The position numbers and the translations under genes are program-made. A stretch of 62,667 nucleotides of DNA, counting the filler, from Globobulimina sp. (taxonomy: Eukaryota), in assembly GCA_003354225.1 (NCBI GenBank). It is 33 parts of 33 records of this genome, joined end to end, with 100 filler letters (N's around TTAATTAATTAA, not from the genome) between each part and the next. Parts side by side here need not be neighbours in the genome. Positions count along the whole stretch, not along the records: positions 11,419 to 13,221 come from PIVH01011773.1; positions 13,322 to 15,124 come from PIVH01011774.1; positions 15,225 to 17,027 come from PIVH01011775.1; positions 17,128 to 18,930 come from PIVH01011776.1; positions 19,031 to 20,833 come from PIVH01011777.1; positions 20,934 to 22,736 come from PIVH01011778.1; positions 22,837 to 24,639 come from PIVH01011779.1; 26 more parts are not named here. One strand, 5' to 3'. This document shows, one piece after another, positions 11,419-23,240 of the stretch (positions within the stretch are counted from its first letter, which is position 1; every line of letters begins with the position of its first letter). The notes under the pieces were generated by a model. That model was not told the origin of the DNA, made no database searches, and worked only from the letters and a program-made list of their open reading frames with translations.

Positions 11419-12762
11419 ATTCAGGCGCTTCATTAACAATGTTTGCAATCTGCGCATTATTACTTGCAATTGGCATATATACGAATGATACATTAACCTT
11501 TCAACACACCACAGACATCACACAATCGGCTGTAACCTATCGCTCCTTTTACGGATTCCGTGCTTCGATCATTGTGTCGTTATATTTGTGGTTGTTTGGA
11601 ATAGATTTATACATTTGGCGCAAGAAGAGGTTTAACCATCCTTTCATATTCGAGGCGGACCCAAGCACCGTTTTAACGTCGCACAATGTGTTTATGTCCG
11701 CGGGCTGTCTCACGTGTATGACGATGTTGATTGCATTGTTGTATGTATTGGTGTCTATATTCGACAGCATACAGTCTATACAACTCTGGTGGTTTAGTGT
11801 TTTATTGACTGTATTTTGGTTATTTTACGTGTTGTATCCAGGCAAACGTTTATTGTCTACGCGCAAATATTTACTGGCTAGTTTTTGGAGGATTTTACGT
11901 GCGCCATTTACCAAAGTCCACTTCGTTGATTTTTTCATTGCAGACCAATGGTGCAGTTTGTTTACGGTCATTGTTGATATTACATTTTCAATGTGTTTCT
12001 TTGCTACGTTAAGTACACAATATTGCATCTTCTGTGGTTTTATACACGTTTCTCGCACATATGAAATGTAAAATATTTAGTGGAGAGTTTCTGACCACAC
12101 AAACAAAGACAGAATATCAAGAAAACTCATTCTGCGCGAATTCAAATGTCAAAATGTGGATAAAATTGCTACGTTTTATCCCATATTGGCTGCGATTCGC
12201 ACAATGTATCAAACGCTTTTATGACACAGCAAAACATTCGCATTTGGTAAATGCCGCCAAATACAGCACCTGTATATTAACCTCGATATTAGCGACAGTG
12301 GACGAGACAATGAACGACAAAGATGCCAAATACTGGAGATTACGCACAATGCGCTTTATATTCGCCACTATATCCACAATATATGCATTCATGTGGGACA
12401 TTATCAAAGATTGGGGCTTGCTACACTTGGATTGCAAACATATGTTATTACGCAAAGAATTGCGCTTCAACCCAGTGCATTATTACGTGGCTATGATTAT
12501 AAATTTTCTATTCCGAATATCGTGGGGCGTCTATCTCTTTCCACGCTCCTTTCTCATACACATCGACCTGCATTACATCGCCTTATTGCTGGGTGCCATT
12601 GAAATCATACGACGGTGCATTTGGAATATATTCCGCTTAGAAAACGAACACATTAACAACTGTGGCGAGTTTAGAGTGGTTGGAGATGTGCCACCATTGG
12701 TTATACCACAAGAAAGCATGCAATTGCAAGACGACTGCGATATAAATACATATAATACTTAA
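11419..12762 (+). CDS. EXS-domain protein (XPR1/SYG1/PHO1 family), 5'-partial, intron 12008..12080
   Basis: NHPFIFE, APFTKVHFVDFFIADQWCSL, PYWLRFAQC, HLVNAAKY, WDIIKDWGL, RRCIWNIFRLENEHINNCGEFR; a 73-nt GTTAAGT...TTTAG intron joins the two ORFs in frame (CFFATGEF). Confidence 0.95.
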
Positions 12763-13221
12763 CCTATTGTCTTTCTTCAACAGTTGTACAATCTCACTGT
12801 GCTTGTTTGCTGTCGGAGTCTTCTTTTTTTTCGGTGGCAGTTTTTTGTTTAATATGAGTGCGTCTGGTGACGCCATTTGCCATTCATCTTGATTTGCGTC
12901 GTTGTGTCGATGCAAACTGTCTTCTGAGTCAAGGCTGAGCTGTGTCATGGCGGTGTTGGATGAGGGTAATGCGGGTGAGATGGAACTGGAATTTGATGTA
13001 TCACTGGCATCCATTGAGTATTTCTTTGGTTTTGCCGCGAAATCGACCGTAGAACGCCGTCGCTTTAAGCCAGGTAACCGTGTTGGTGGAGGAGGAGGCG
13101 TTCTATGCACGGGAGGCGAAGAAACAGATTTTGAACGCACTCGGCTTAGGGTTCTTATTTTATTTGCATTGTTTGCTTTGTTGGTATTTGCGTTTGGAAT
13201 GATTGGTTTTGTGTTGCTATC
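12760..13221 (-). CDS. 3' part of low-complexity Ser/Pro/Lys-rich protein, convergent with the EXS gene
   Basis: Open frame from contig end; no domain recognised; exact 3' end uncertain. Confidence 0.45.
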
Positions 13222-13786
13222 NNNNNNNNNNNNNNNNNNNNNNNNNNNNNNNNNNNNNNNNNNNNTTAATTAATTAANNNNNNNNNNNNNNNNNNNNNNN
13301 NNNNNNNNNNNNNNNNNNNNNTCGAATCCTAGTATTCAAAGTTGAAAACCACTCTAGCTAACCCAAAAACCTTGCCAATCACAAAAGAAGTGTTTAGAAG
13401 TTTAAGCCTAAAAAGTCAACTGTTTCCATTTTTTTCCGACTCGATATATATAGAAACTGTTTATATATAGAAACACGTTATCCGACTCGATATTACTGAG
13501 CTGGTAAAATACTAACAATTTTGGAAGAAGTCCGAAATATTTGCACCGTGAAGTTAATACATAAAAGCAAAAACATATGTTTTTGTAATAACAGTCCGAA
13601 ATTGTCTGTTATATTAAACTTTGTCTTGAGTTTGCAAATCCAGAACAAATTAATGTATAATTGAATGGAATGTATATATCGTTAAGCAAACTACACATAC
13701 AGTCTCAATACCCAATTACACCGCAATTGGCGAGTTTACTAACAACACAAAAATTTAACACGGAGGAATATATGTTTACCGACAAA

Positions 13787-15124
13787 TTACCATAAGACTG
13801 GAAGTTTGTGGTAAAATTGTCTTGGTAAACTGACAGTTTTTTCTGTATTCTCTTCCAATTTGCGTTTACCTTCGTTTGTATCAAATGTGTCATCATTGTA
13901 ATCATCATTCATATCTCTTGTATCACCACCAAATGTATCCTCGTCGTCGTCATCATCATCAACTTTAACTTTGATTTCCTGTGAAATGGATTGGCATTTG
14001 CTTCGTAATCGTGTCCAGAAATTTTTGCTTAATCTCTTGATTGGTTTTGCACTCAAAAATAAAATGGCAATGAAAAATGTCTGTCCGTGTTGGAATACAG
14101 ATAATAACATTAATAATTCCAAAATGCGCGGATCCTCAGACGTTTCCACATAAAAACTATACAAATGAGAACGCAACAAAAATACAATAAATATAACATT
14201 TGCGATAAATCCAATCAGTGCAACACATAAAATAATTAATGTCGTCGCATAATAATCGAACTGATAATACGTTTCCAATGAGTTTGGATCACAATCAATC
14301 CGCGCTTCATACACATATTCAATACTTATTTTACTTTTATTTTTATAATTGACATATTCAGATTGTATTTCAACATTTTTACCATCCACCATTAACACAT
14401 CAGGCACATTATTCACATCTTCGTTGTTATTATTATAGTTATACCCAACTACATCATCATAATTTATATCGCTTTTCTTCCTCAATTCAATCACAATGCT
14501 ATTTGGATCCAATGGTTGTGTGCCATTCTCATTATTATCCCCATTTATTTTTGTTGTTTGTGAGTCCGACAATAATGGTTCTTTTGTGTCATTGTCATAT
14601 GTTTTCTTAATTTTTTTGTGTTTGTTTTGTGGATTAGTTTCGCCGCAATCGCAACAGCAACACTTTAAATAACAACAGAAACATATTTGTAACCACATGG
14701 AACGATTACTATTCTTCTTTTGAGCACGACTATGGATTTCATACTGATATCTTTTTTTTAATATATACCAAAACATAACAATTAATAACAATGTATTCAT
14801 GCATTGGATAATTAAATCAATTTGTAATTGCAACGAGGATGAATATTGGCATTGGACATTATATTTATTTGCAAAGTCACTGACGGGATATTCCCAGCTA
14901 AAACCAAACGGAAATTTGTTTTTATACCTTATAAACCATAGTAACGAGGCAATAATCAATGACAACACAAATATTATTGGCTGCATGATGCAATGATATG
15001 TTTTTAATTCGCGTTTTAAAATGGAATAACCGGAAATTAATAAACATGATTGGAATGCGGCAGATAGTAATAATAAACGCACCCATTGCCGCAAAAAATA
15101 TACAATAAAAAGTATATACATTTT
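13787..15124 (-). CDS. Multi-pass membrane protein, possibly GPR155/LYCHOS-like GPCR-fold region, 5'-partial
   Basis: Hydrophobic helices flank a long Cys-rich/acidic loop; LCVALIGFIANV...ELLMLLSVFQHGQTFFIAILF resembles the last two TM helices of GPR155. Confidence 0.5.
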   Translation of the reverse strand, partial: KMYILFIVYFLRQWVRLLLLSAAFQSCLLISGYSILKRELKTYHCIMQPIIFVLSLIIASLLWFIRYKNKFPFGFSWEYPVSDFANKYNVQCQYSSSLQLQIDLIIQCMNTLLLIVMFWYILKKRYQYEIHSRAQKKNSNRSMWLQICFCCYLKCCCCDCGETNPQNKHKKIKKTYDNDTKEPLLSDSQTTKINGDNNENGTQPLDPNSIVIELRKKSDINYDDVVGYNYNNNNEDVNNVPDVLMVDGKNVEIQSEYVNYKNKSKISIEYVYEARIDCDPNSLETYYQFDYYATTLIILCVALIGFIANVIFIVFLLRSHLYSFYVETSEDPRILELLMLLSVFQHGQTFFIAILFLSAKPIKRLSKNFWTRLRSKCQSISQEIKVKVDDDDDDEDTFGGDTRDMNDDYNDDTFDTNEGKRKLEENTEKTVSLPRQFYHKLPVLW

Positions 15125-15854
15125 NNNNNNNNNNNNNNNNNNNNNNNNNNNNNNNNNNNNNNNNNNNNTTAATTAATTAANNNNNNNNNNNNNNNNNNNN
15201 NNNNNNNNNNNNNNNNNNNNNNNNGAATATGATAAGGTTCAGACTGTGTTTCAACAGATTACTGATATGATGATGTACACATTTCCGAATGACTCTGTTT
15301 TTGTGAGATAAATATTACTGTGCTTATTATGAATACCGGTACTTTTCAAAAACGAGACCGTTCCTATATATGCTATAAATTCGCACGTACTGCTAATAAA
15401 TGTGTTGTACTCAAAAACTTTACAAATATTATGAAGTCTATTAAAATAAAAAGAGAAGAGATGAGATGAGATACGCGTCGATATAAGGCAGGAAGCTGGT
15501 TACACTCCCGCACAACAACAATCTTCTCAAAACCTGAAACTACATTGAAATTATTTGCATGTAATTCAGCAACAACTCGGTCATTCCACATTACATGTAC
15601 ATGGATCACATTTTTTTCCACCAAAAATATGTATAGCTTATAGCGGTGTGTTTAGCACATAAGTAAATGTTTGCTGTGTGTTTGTCTCTTTCCATTTGTA
15701 TACATACAAAATACAGTCGCAGACTGTCACACATATATACAAATTGAAAGTATATTAGCAAAATGCTTTATTTTCAATAAAATTAATCCTGGTTAAAATT
15801 AAAAAAAAAATAAATATAAAATTCATTATACTAAAAACAATTGGTTTTATGTCG

Positions 15855-16766
15855 TTAATTCTTTTTTTGTAAACCATACTTTATTCCACATCTACGTAAA
15901 TCCTTTAAACCATAATTTTCTTTCCTTGATAAATGTTCCCAACACGGCACCATTGCATATCCATCATGTTCACAACAAATTGGATTGTTATTTTTTTTAA
16001 TCGTTTCATTAAACTCATCAATGCTATCAACACCAACATTTGTTTGTATTTCCCACGAACCGCTGCCATATTTATGGTTATTCCAAGTTGTTACTAAATA
16101 ATATATTTCTCCGTCATCCATCTCAATGCGGCCACATATAATTTCTGCGACATGTTTTGGTTCCTCTTCGTCTGCGGACGACCATTCTTTGTATTCTCTT
16201 GGTTTGCTTTTTATAGTTTTTCTTTTCTTTCTGCGCGGTGCATTGTTATCATTGTATTTCCTTTTTTTATTTTTAATTTCTTGAGTTATTGCTGGCATTA
16301 CCATTTCTTGAGTGATTTCGGTCGTTTGTTGGTGATCTGATGATACAATTTCATTCATATATTTTTGAATTAATTCATTACGAACTATCTCATTGTTTGG
16401 AAGTAATATATTTTCAAATGGAGGCAATAAATCGTTCTCATTGTTTACGATTTGAAGGTAAAATTGTTTGCCGGTTGTAGCGGATTCGTAATACGATATT
16501 TTTAATTCTTTTATTAATCTCCGATCGTCAGTTATAACATTTGTGCAATTATTATTATTATTATTGTAATTATTGTGATATGGTTGATGTATTAATGGCG
16601 GCGGTGATTGTTGATGATTGTAATTATAATTATTGTTGTTATCGAAATGTATGAGTGGTATGGGACTTGATGCTAATTCGTCATTGTCAAAATAATTACT
16701 GAATGGTGATATCGTAAAACCACTATCAATGCTGTTGGGTGAGAAGTTATTGTCGGTACAAGACAT
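15855..16766 (-). CDS. Protein with Asn/Pro-rich N-terminus, basic NLS and C-terminal chromo-like domain
   Basis: HVAEIICGRI...EIYYLVTTW...SWEIQTNV...IDEF follows the chromodomain pattern; RRKKRK NLS-like. Confidence 0.65.
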   Translation of the reverse strand: MSCTDNNFSPNSIDSGFTISPFSNYFDNDELASSPIPLIHFDNNNNYNYNHQQSPPPLIHQPYHNNYNNNNNNCTNVITDDRRLIKELKISYYESATTGKQFYLQIVNNENDLLPPFENILLPNNEIVRNELIQKYMNEIVSSDHQQTTEITQEMVMPAITQEIKNKKRKYNDNNAPRRKKRKTIKSKPREYKEWSSADEEEPKHVAEIICGRIEMDDGEIYYLVTTWNNHKYGSGSWEIQTNVGVDSIDEFNETIKKNNNPICCEHDGYAMVPCWEHLSRKENYGLKDLRRCGIKYGLQKKN

Positions 16767-17289
16767 TGATGTTTTCTAAATCTTTGTTGCAAACAGAAAA
16801 AGAACAGTTTAACGTTTAGAGGAATTAAATTATCATTTTGCAGTATACGCAATTTTGTGTCATGAAAATGGAATAATTTTACATGTTTTTGTAGCTAATC
16901 CAATGGCGGGATACCATGTCTTGTCTTGTGGCAAAATAACTTTCCATAATTGTTTTCCATTTGATTTAAATATCAACGTCGATGTTTGCCAAAAATATTC
17001 TATAACCACAGCAATATTTGGTTGCATNNNNNNNNNNNNNNNNNNNNNNNNNNNNNNNNNNNNNNNNNNNNTTAATTAATTAANNNNNNNNNNNNNNNNN
17101 NNNNNNNNNNNNNNNNNNNNNNNNNNNAACCATATATTGATAATGTTATTTTTCTACGTGTGTAGTAGGTATGTATATTATTGGAATAAATTTGCTATGT
17201 TTTCATTATTCCTTTATTATTTATTGTTCATACTTAGATGTTTTTTGCAAAATTATTTCTGCTCTAAAATTATTATTATTTCTCCTTAA

Positions 17290-17790
17290 AGGGGATGTTT
17301 AACATTTCGACAAGTCGATTTTAAATGGATCATTTTAATTGGAGAAATATCGTACGGGGGTGCATTTTTTTATTTTTTTGCATATTTAAAGAGTTATTTC
17401 CATTTGAAGTCGAGCAAATTCCAATGCGAGTTTAGTGTCATAAGAAAGAAACTGATCTTAAAAAGTATTTTTCTGAAATTTTATTTCGCAAGGGTCACGA
17501 GAAAAAAGCTAAATACTAATCTGCGCAGCATTCACTTTTTCATGTGACCCGTGCAAATTTTAAAAATATAAAAATACTTTTTAAAATCAGTTTTTTTTTG
17601 CTCTTTCCATTGATAGATACTAAGCTTAAATTGTAAAGGTGTAAAATGCACAAATTCCTGTTGACGCACTGACGCACATTGCATTTTTGCTCCTTCAATA
17701 AGCAAAAAATAAAAAATGCACCCCCGTACGATATTTGTCTAACTAAAATAGTCCATTTTAATTCAACTTGCCGAAATGTTAGACCCCCCT
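17290..17790. mobile_element. 501-bp foldback MITE with TTAA target duplication, Kolobok/T2-like
   Basis: TTAA|AGGGG...CCCCT|TTAA; about 105-bp imperfect TIRs (core AAATATCGTACGGGGGTGCATTTTTT) plus a second inner inverted pair (about 17450-17510 vs 17533-17592). Confidence 0.85.
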
Positions 17791-18529
17791 TTAAATGCAT
17801 TGCTCGGTTGTTGTTGAATTATTTCTGCTCGCTCAATAAGAATTCCTTCAGTGTATAGATTTTAGATTAGAGATGAGATCGGCCCAACCCGGCCCGCTTT
17901 TTGCTGTGCCCCTAAACTTCCAAAATTATAGCCCGCCCTGTCCGATTTTTCGAAACAAATTTTCTTCTAATAATCCGAACTTTGAGTTATTTCTCAACGA
18001 TTTTAGCTAAACCAACATCATTATTATATTAATCAACTAGGCAATTTCTGGTTATTTTAAAGCTAAAACCAGCGATTAGACGAAATTTGGTAGTTTTATG
18101 GCCGTACTATCGGTTGTAGAGAATTATTTCTGCTGAATAAATGTAATGATGATGGCTCATAAATAAGGACGTTTGTCGCGATTTTTTGTTTTCCCATTTT
18201 CAGCCAAATGCCGCGAATAAGCCAATTTTCGGGAAAGTGCCGCGATTTTTAGCATTTTTCGTAACAAATTGTCATTGAGATGTTGTAAAAATCGCAATTT
18301 TTTTTGTTGAAATTATCAAAAATAACACAAATACTTCTCAATACAGCAAAAATGGTTTCCAGTAAAACATCTGTTACTTTTTAACTAGGAATATCGCGAT
18401 TCTTTTGATTTTGTGCCGCAATCTGCGACATTTTTTTGCTGCGAATTGCCATGATTTTTCCCATTTTTTTGCCGTTCTTTGAATAAATCATTCTTGGTTT
18501 GCATTTATTAGTTTTTGCAGGATTAATTG

Positions 18530-18810
18530 TGCCATTTTGCTTAAATATGCTAATTCTTCCGTAACTGGTTATCAAATTAGCTAATGGCAAAATTATTTCA
18601 GCTTAAATATGAAAATTCTTCCGTAGATTAGATATTCATATTAAATTCTTCCGCAATATATTTGCTATAATTTTTAAATTCTTCCGCAATATAGCAAATT
18701 CTTCCGAAAGTGGTTATCAAATTAGCTAATGGCATAAGCATTTCAGCTTAAATATGCAAATTCTTCCATAAATGGTTATCAAATTAGATATTAGCAAAAT
18801 TATTTCTGGT
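18530..18810. repeat. Degenerate tandem repeats (AAATTCTTCCG / GGTTATCAAATTAG motifs)
   Basis: ATTCTTCC recurs at least six times and GGTTATCAAATTAG three times within 280 bp. Confidence 0.75.
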
Positions 18811-19180
18811 TAATGTCCTTGTTTCTTTTGGGTATACGATTTTATGGTGTACTAGGGTCAAAAATTTTGGAAAAATGCACTTTATTCTTCTGGAACATAA
18901 AAATCGGTAAACTGCCCATTAGTAAAAAAANNNNNNNNNNNNNNNNNNNNNNNNNNNNNNNNNNNNNNNNNNNNTTAATTAATTAANNNNNNNNNNNNNN
19001 NNNNNNNNNNNNNNNNNNNNNNNNNNNNNNCTATTTTTCATATCAATGTGTAATATTTTTACCTTTTCAGCGTCAGAACACATTTCAAAAACGTTCTGAC
19101 GATGCAAAATGTGATGAAAATAATATAATTTTGCTGTTTGAAGTACGATCCGAAGCCAAGGGGTAACATTTGAGCGCAGA

Positions 19181-20374
19181 ATGACTTCGTTGCGAGTCCA
19201 TAACAGCACACATAACAACACCCCGCAAATCGCCATGAAAGCCCTACGCGTCGAACAAGAGATAATTGAGACTGAGAAGACATATCTCGATGGTTTGCAT
19301 GTATTGATGGATGATTTTATCACTCCCATTTTCGACAATAAACTGCTAAATCCTCGCTACAAAGCAACGGTAATCTGCAATCTCCCGCAGCTCATCGCCT
19401 TTCATACCATATTTTATCAGCAATTAATAAGTGGCACCATGAGCATTGCACAGATATTCAACAAACACAGTGACTATTTCAAAATGTACATTTCCTACGT
19501 TTCTCAGTACGACAATATCTTAAATATCTTTGCTAAAAATAAGAAGAATAAGAAATTAGAAACGTTTTTAACGCACAAAAGAAACAACGAGAACAAGTCG
19601 TTAATATCGTATTTGATTTTACCTATTCAGCGCATACCGCGTTATACGTTGTTGCTGCTCCAATTGGCCGCCGATTCGAATAAGAATGAATATGCCGACA
19701 TTGCTTTGGCGCTGAAAAAGGTGAAATTAATTTGCGTGGAAATCAACGAAAAACAGCGCGACATTGAAAATATGTCACAGTCGTTGCTGATTACAAATAA
19801 ATTAAAAGGATTAGATGTTAATATCGTGGAACCGCAGCGGAAATATGTGCAACTTTTTATTTTTAAAAGGAAAAAAGACGAAGCAATCAAACAATTTTTC
19901 CTCTTCAATGATATTGTCATTATTTCAGATATAAAATGGAAGACTGAGCAAATTGTAACGTTGACCAAATTTGAAGCAAAGCGGCCGTCGAAATCGAAAA
20001 ATAAGGAAGTTTTGATCCGGGTCGTCGGCGATGGTAAGGATAATGCGCCGGTTTCGTATGTTTGTATTTTAGAACATGAGCTGAATGGAAATGAGAGCGG
20101 TGGCAATGAAAATATATCAAATATTGGATTGTTTTGCAAGTTGTTGATCAAATATCGCTCCATGTTATATAATAGTAAATTGAGTATGCGGTCGCGGTCA
20201 AAATCTCCCAAACCTGATCATGAAGCACCACTGTTTGGTGATGTTGATTCTGGTTTGGTTGATATGATCAGAGAGGAACAGGAAAGACATGAATTGGCTC
20301 AATGGCAGGAAGACACATCGAAAGGAAATAAAAATAAAGTATTGAAAATGTTGAAATCACCGAGTGAAGTTTGA
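19181..20374 (+). CDS. DH-PH domain Rho guanine nucleotide exchange factor
   Basis: EIIETEKTYLDGL, FKMYISYV, LISYLILPIQRIPRYTLLL, INE, then PH-like FFLFNDIVII. Confidence 0.93.
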   Translation: MTSLRVHNSTHNNTPQIAMKALRVEQEIIETEKTYLDGLHVLMDDFITPIFDNKLLNPRYKATVICNLPQLIAFHTIFYQQLISGTMSIAQIFNKHSDYFKMYISYVSQYDNILNIFAKNKKNKKLETFLTHKRNNENKSLISYLILPIQRIPRYTLLLLQLAADSNKNEYADIALALKKVKLICVEINEKQRDIENMSQSLLITNKLKGLDVNIVEPQRKYVQLFIFKRKKDEAIKQFFLFNDIVIISDIKWKTEQIVTLTKFEAKRPSKSKNKEVLIRVVGDGKDNAPVSYVCILEHELNGNESGGNENISNIGLFCKLLIKYRSMLYNSKLSMRSRSKSPKPDHEAPLFGDVDSGLVDMIREEQERHELAQWQEDTSKGNKNKVLKMLKSPSEV

Positions 20375-20519
20375 TTTGTTCGCAGCTTTGAAAATGTACT
20401 TTCTTTTTTGTTGTTTGACTGTGTTTGTTTTATTATGTTTTATTATGTTTTGTCTTGTTTGCGTTGCTGGCTCTGTAGCTATAGAAATATTTTGTATTTA
20501 AACAAAATCACTGCAGTGA

Positions 20520-20627
20520 CACTGCAGACACAACTATTGAGCTAATTGTCATTGTGATGATCAGACTTCAACTTTTGGAGTTAATCGCCCACCGCAATAA
20601 ATTAGCTCAATAGTTGTGACTGCAGTG
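20520..20627 (+). mobile_element. 108-bp MITE with 27-bp TIRs starting CACTG (CMC/CACTA-like ends)
   Basis: Left CACTGCAGACACAACTATTGAGCTAAT vs right ATTAGCTCAATAGTTGTGACTGCAGTG (1 mismatch); second copy at 7613..7673. Confidence 0.85.
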
Positions 20628-20933
20628 ATGGGAGGAATTTTTAAAAACATGATATCCAAAAAAAAAAATATTACAAAAATTCCAAAAAATAGCAAAATCA
20701 ATTAATAATGCTTTGCCTTATATAATTTACTGGGTAACAAGTTCAATTATGGGAGCAGAAGAATTTATTTTTGAAGAAACAAAACAAATTAGACAGCACA
20801 ACCTGGCGCGATTTAGAATATTTGAATCAATTTNNNNNNNNNNNNNNNNNNNNNNNNNNNNNNNNNNNNNNNNNNNNTTAATTAATTAANNNNNNNNNNN
20901 NNNNNNNNNNNNNNNNNNNNNNNNNNNNNNNNN

Positions 20934-21392
20934 CATATTTTGTCATTGCTTGATATTGAGACATGTTATTAATAATATCATGCTTCCAATTTTGAATTAT
21001 TAATTTAAGATTCCGCGGATTATTTGTATGCTGAATATCATATGTTGCAACTAACTCGGAATTATTTGAAATAGTTTCATTTAATATCCTTTTGTCAACC
21101 AATCATATGTTAGGTTTTCAAACAAAAAAATTATACATAACAGTTTGGGAGAGAGTATAAACATATCATTGGTAGATATGGATTGGATATGAAGATATTG
21201 ACATCCCATCGATTGTACATTTTGTTCAATTTGTAAACAAAGATCAGATATTGTTAAATCGTTTTTGATTACAACCACTAGTTTTGTTGGATAAATATAC
21301 TTTCTATTGTTTGCAAAATCAGGAGCTAATGATGATTTATTCTCAATCAATGTAATTTTCAAACATATTGAGTCACTTTCTTTGGTTTGCAT
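20934..21392 (-). CDS. Hypothetical protein, 5' part, one probable intron near 21090-21142
   Basis: Two ORFs join in frame across GTTATG...AAAAG (PKL|ILNET); no confident domain. Confidence 0.5.
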
Positions 21393-21441
21393 TGTTTCGA
21401 AAAAACTTTAAGAGTGTTCACTTTGAATGATCATTTGTTAA

Positions 21442-22736
21442 ATGAAACTTTTTTCTTTTCTCATCTTAACTCATATAGCAGGTATTGGTGTATTTTCATA
21501 AATCATATCCAAACGTGGAAAATAACAGACACAATGACAGATTTATCTAATGCATTTACAAGAAATTGTAAGAACCCAAACCAATGCAGTGATGCAATTA
21601 TAGATTGTCTCCCAAGTGAAGACTGTTTGGTACTGTGTCATGGGATTAATTCATGTGATAATTCCACCATTAATTGCCCTTTAAATGGCCACTGTTATGT
21701 AGAATGTGATAACACAGCAAGCTGTCAACAAGCAATAATTAATGGACCAATCAATAACGATATCAATATAAATTGTGATGCACCAAAATCATGTTTCTCT
21801 GCTACTTTTAATGCGCCACAATCTTCAATATTAAATATCGGCGGATGTTTGCACAGTCAATCTTGTTTGGATTTATCTATTTATTGTCCTCCAAATTCAA
21901 ATGGAGCTAAAAAATGTTTGATCGAAGGTATATTTTATATATCCGATATATACGCAAACAATCTATTATGTATTTTTACACAATTGTAAGGAAACAATAA
22001 TTTAGGAGCTACCTCACAAGCCGATGGTATAAAGATATTTGCAGTAAATGGATGGAATGATATGGAAATTGATTATAACGGTTCATTTAATACAAATAAT
22101 GAATACAATCATTTCGGAACAATGTATTGCACTGAAAATTATAATATGGAATGTTCAATTGCATTAAATGAGTGGTCATGTTTAAATAAAGAAAATTATT
22201 GTAATAATGCCACTTCTTACTCCTCTATCACTACGCTAACAAGTTTAGACCCAATTATTGACAATAATAAGTTAATTATAAATATTTCTTTATATAGAAA
22301 CAACGAATGGTGATGTTAATGATGATAAAGATGTAATTGCGGTGCAGCTCAATATTGATGTGAATAAACTCTTCCTTCCAATAATACTTTCATTGGTTTT
22401 ATTGATATGTGTTATATGTGCGTGTTGTGTATGGTGTTATTTAATATTATGTTCAAACAGAAAAGTGGAAAAACAGAAGGAAGAAAAAGCAGTTAAAGAA
22501 GAGGAAGAGGAGGAAGATATTGCTGTTGACATAATATGTGGATCATTACATTCCTCAGTGGCAAACAATATATCTGTTCCATCTAAATCATCAGCATTGG
22601 GATCAGTTGCCGCAGCTGGACAAAACAAAAACGTTTATCGATTATCTACAGCAGGTCTTGCACCACCATTGTTTCAGCAAAGAAAAGCAAGCTTTTCGTC
22701 CCATTCTGCACAATATGCACAGTCGGATGTTCATCA
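21442..22736 (+). CDS. Cys-rich single-pass surface protein, multi-exon, 3'-partial
   Basis: Signal-like first exon MKLFSFLILTHIA, 47-nt intron 21482..21528, about 23-aa Cys repeats (C..a.I.cP...C.v.C...SC), TM helix LFLPIILSLVLLICVICACCVW; further introns near 21929-21990 and 22270-22297. Confidence 0.75.
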
Positions 22737-23240
22737 NNNNNNNNNNNNNNNNNNNNNNNNNNNNNNNNNNNNNNNNNNNNTTAATTAATTAANNNNNNNN
22801 NNNNNNNNNNNNNNNNNNNNNNNNNNNNNNNNNNNNTGCCGCCTTCTGTTTCATTGAATATTGACTGGATTGTACCTGTCCCAGCTTTGGTGCTTGCTGT
22901 GCAGAATTTGAATTTGTTGCTGAATTTAACGCAGCGGTTAAGTTTCTTGTAGATTAAATGTAAAATATCATTTTTTCCAGCTTCTCTTACAATTATCAAT
23001 AGGTTACAATTATCAATATAATACTGAAAGAAAATAAAATTAAATTGATATCTGAAAAGGGTTTTAATAATCGGAAAAAAATAATTAGTGCTTTAAAAAA
23101 ATGGAACTGGGATGAGACAAATGCAATTAGTTGGTTAATTGCACATTAGAAAACAAAATCTGAGGATATGGATAAACTCATGAGAACTTTGCTCTCTTTG
23201 TTGGTTGCATATTAAATCTTAGTTGGTTTCTTTGAAACAT

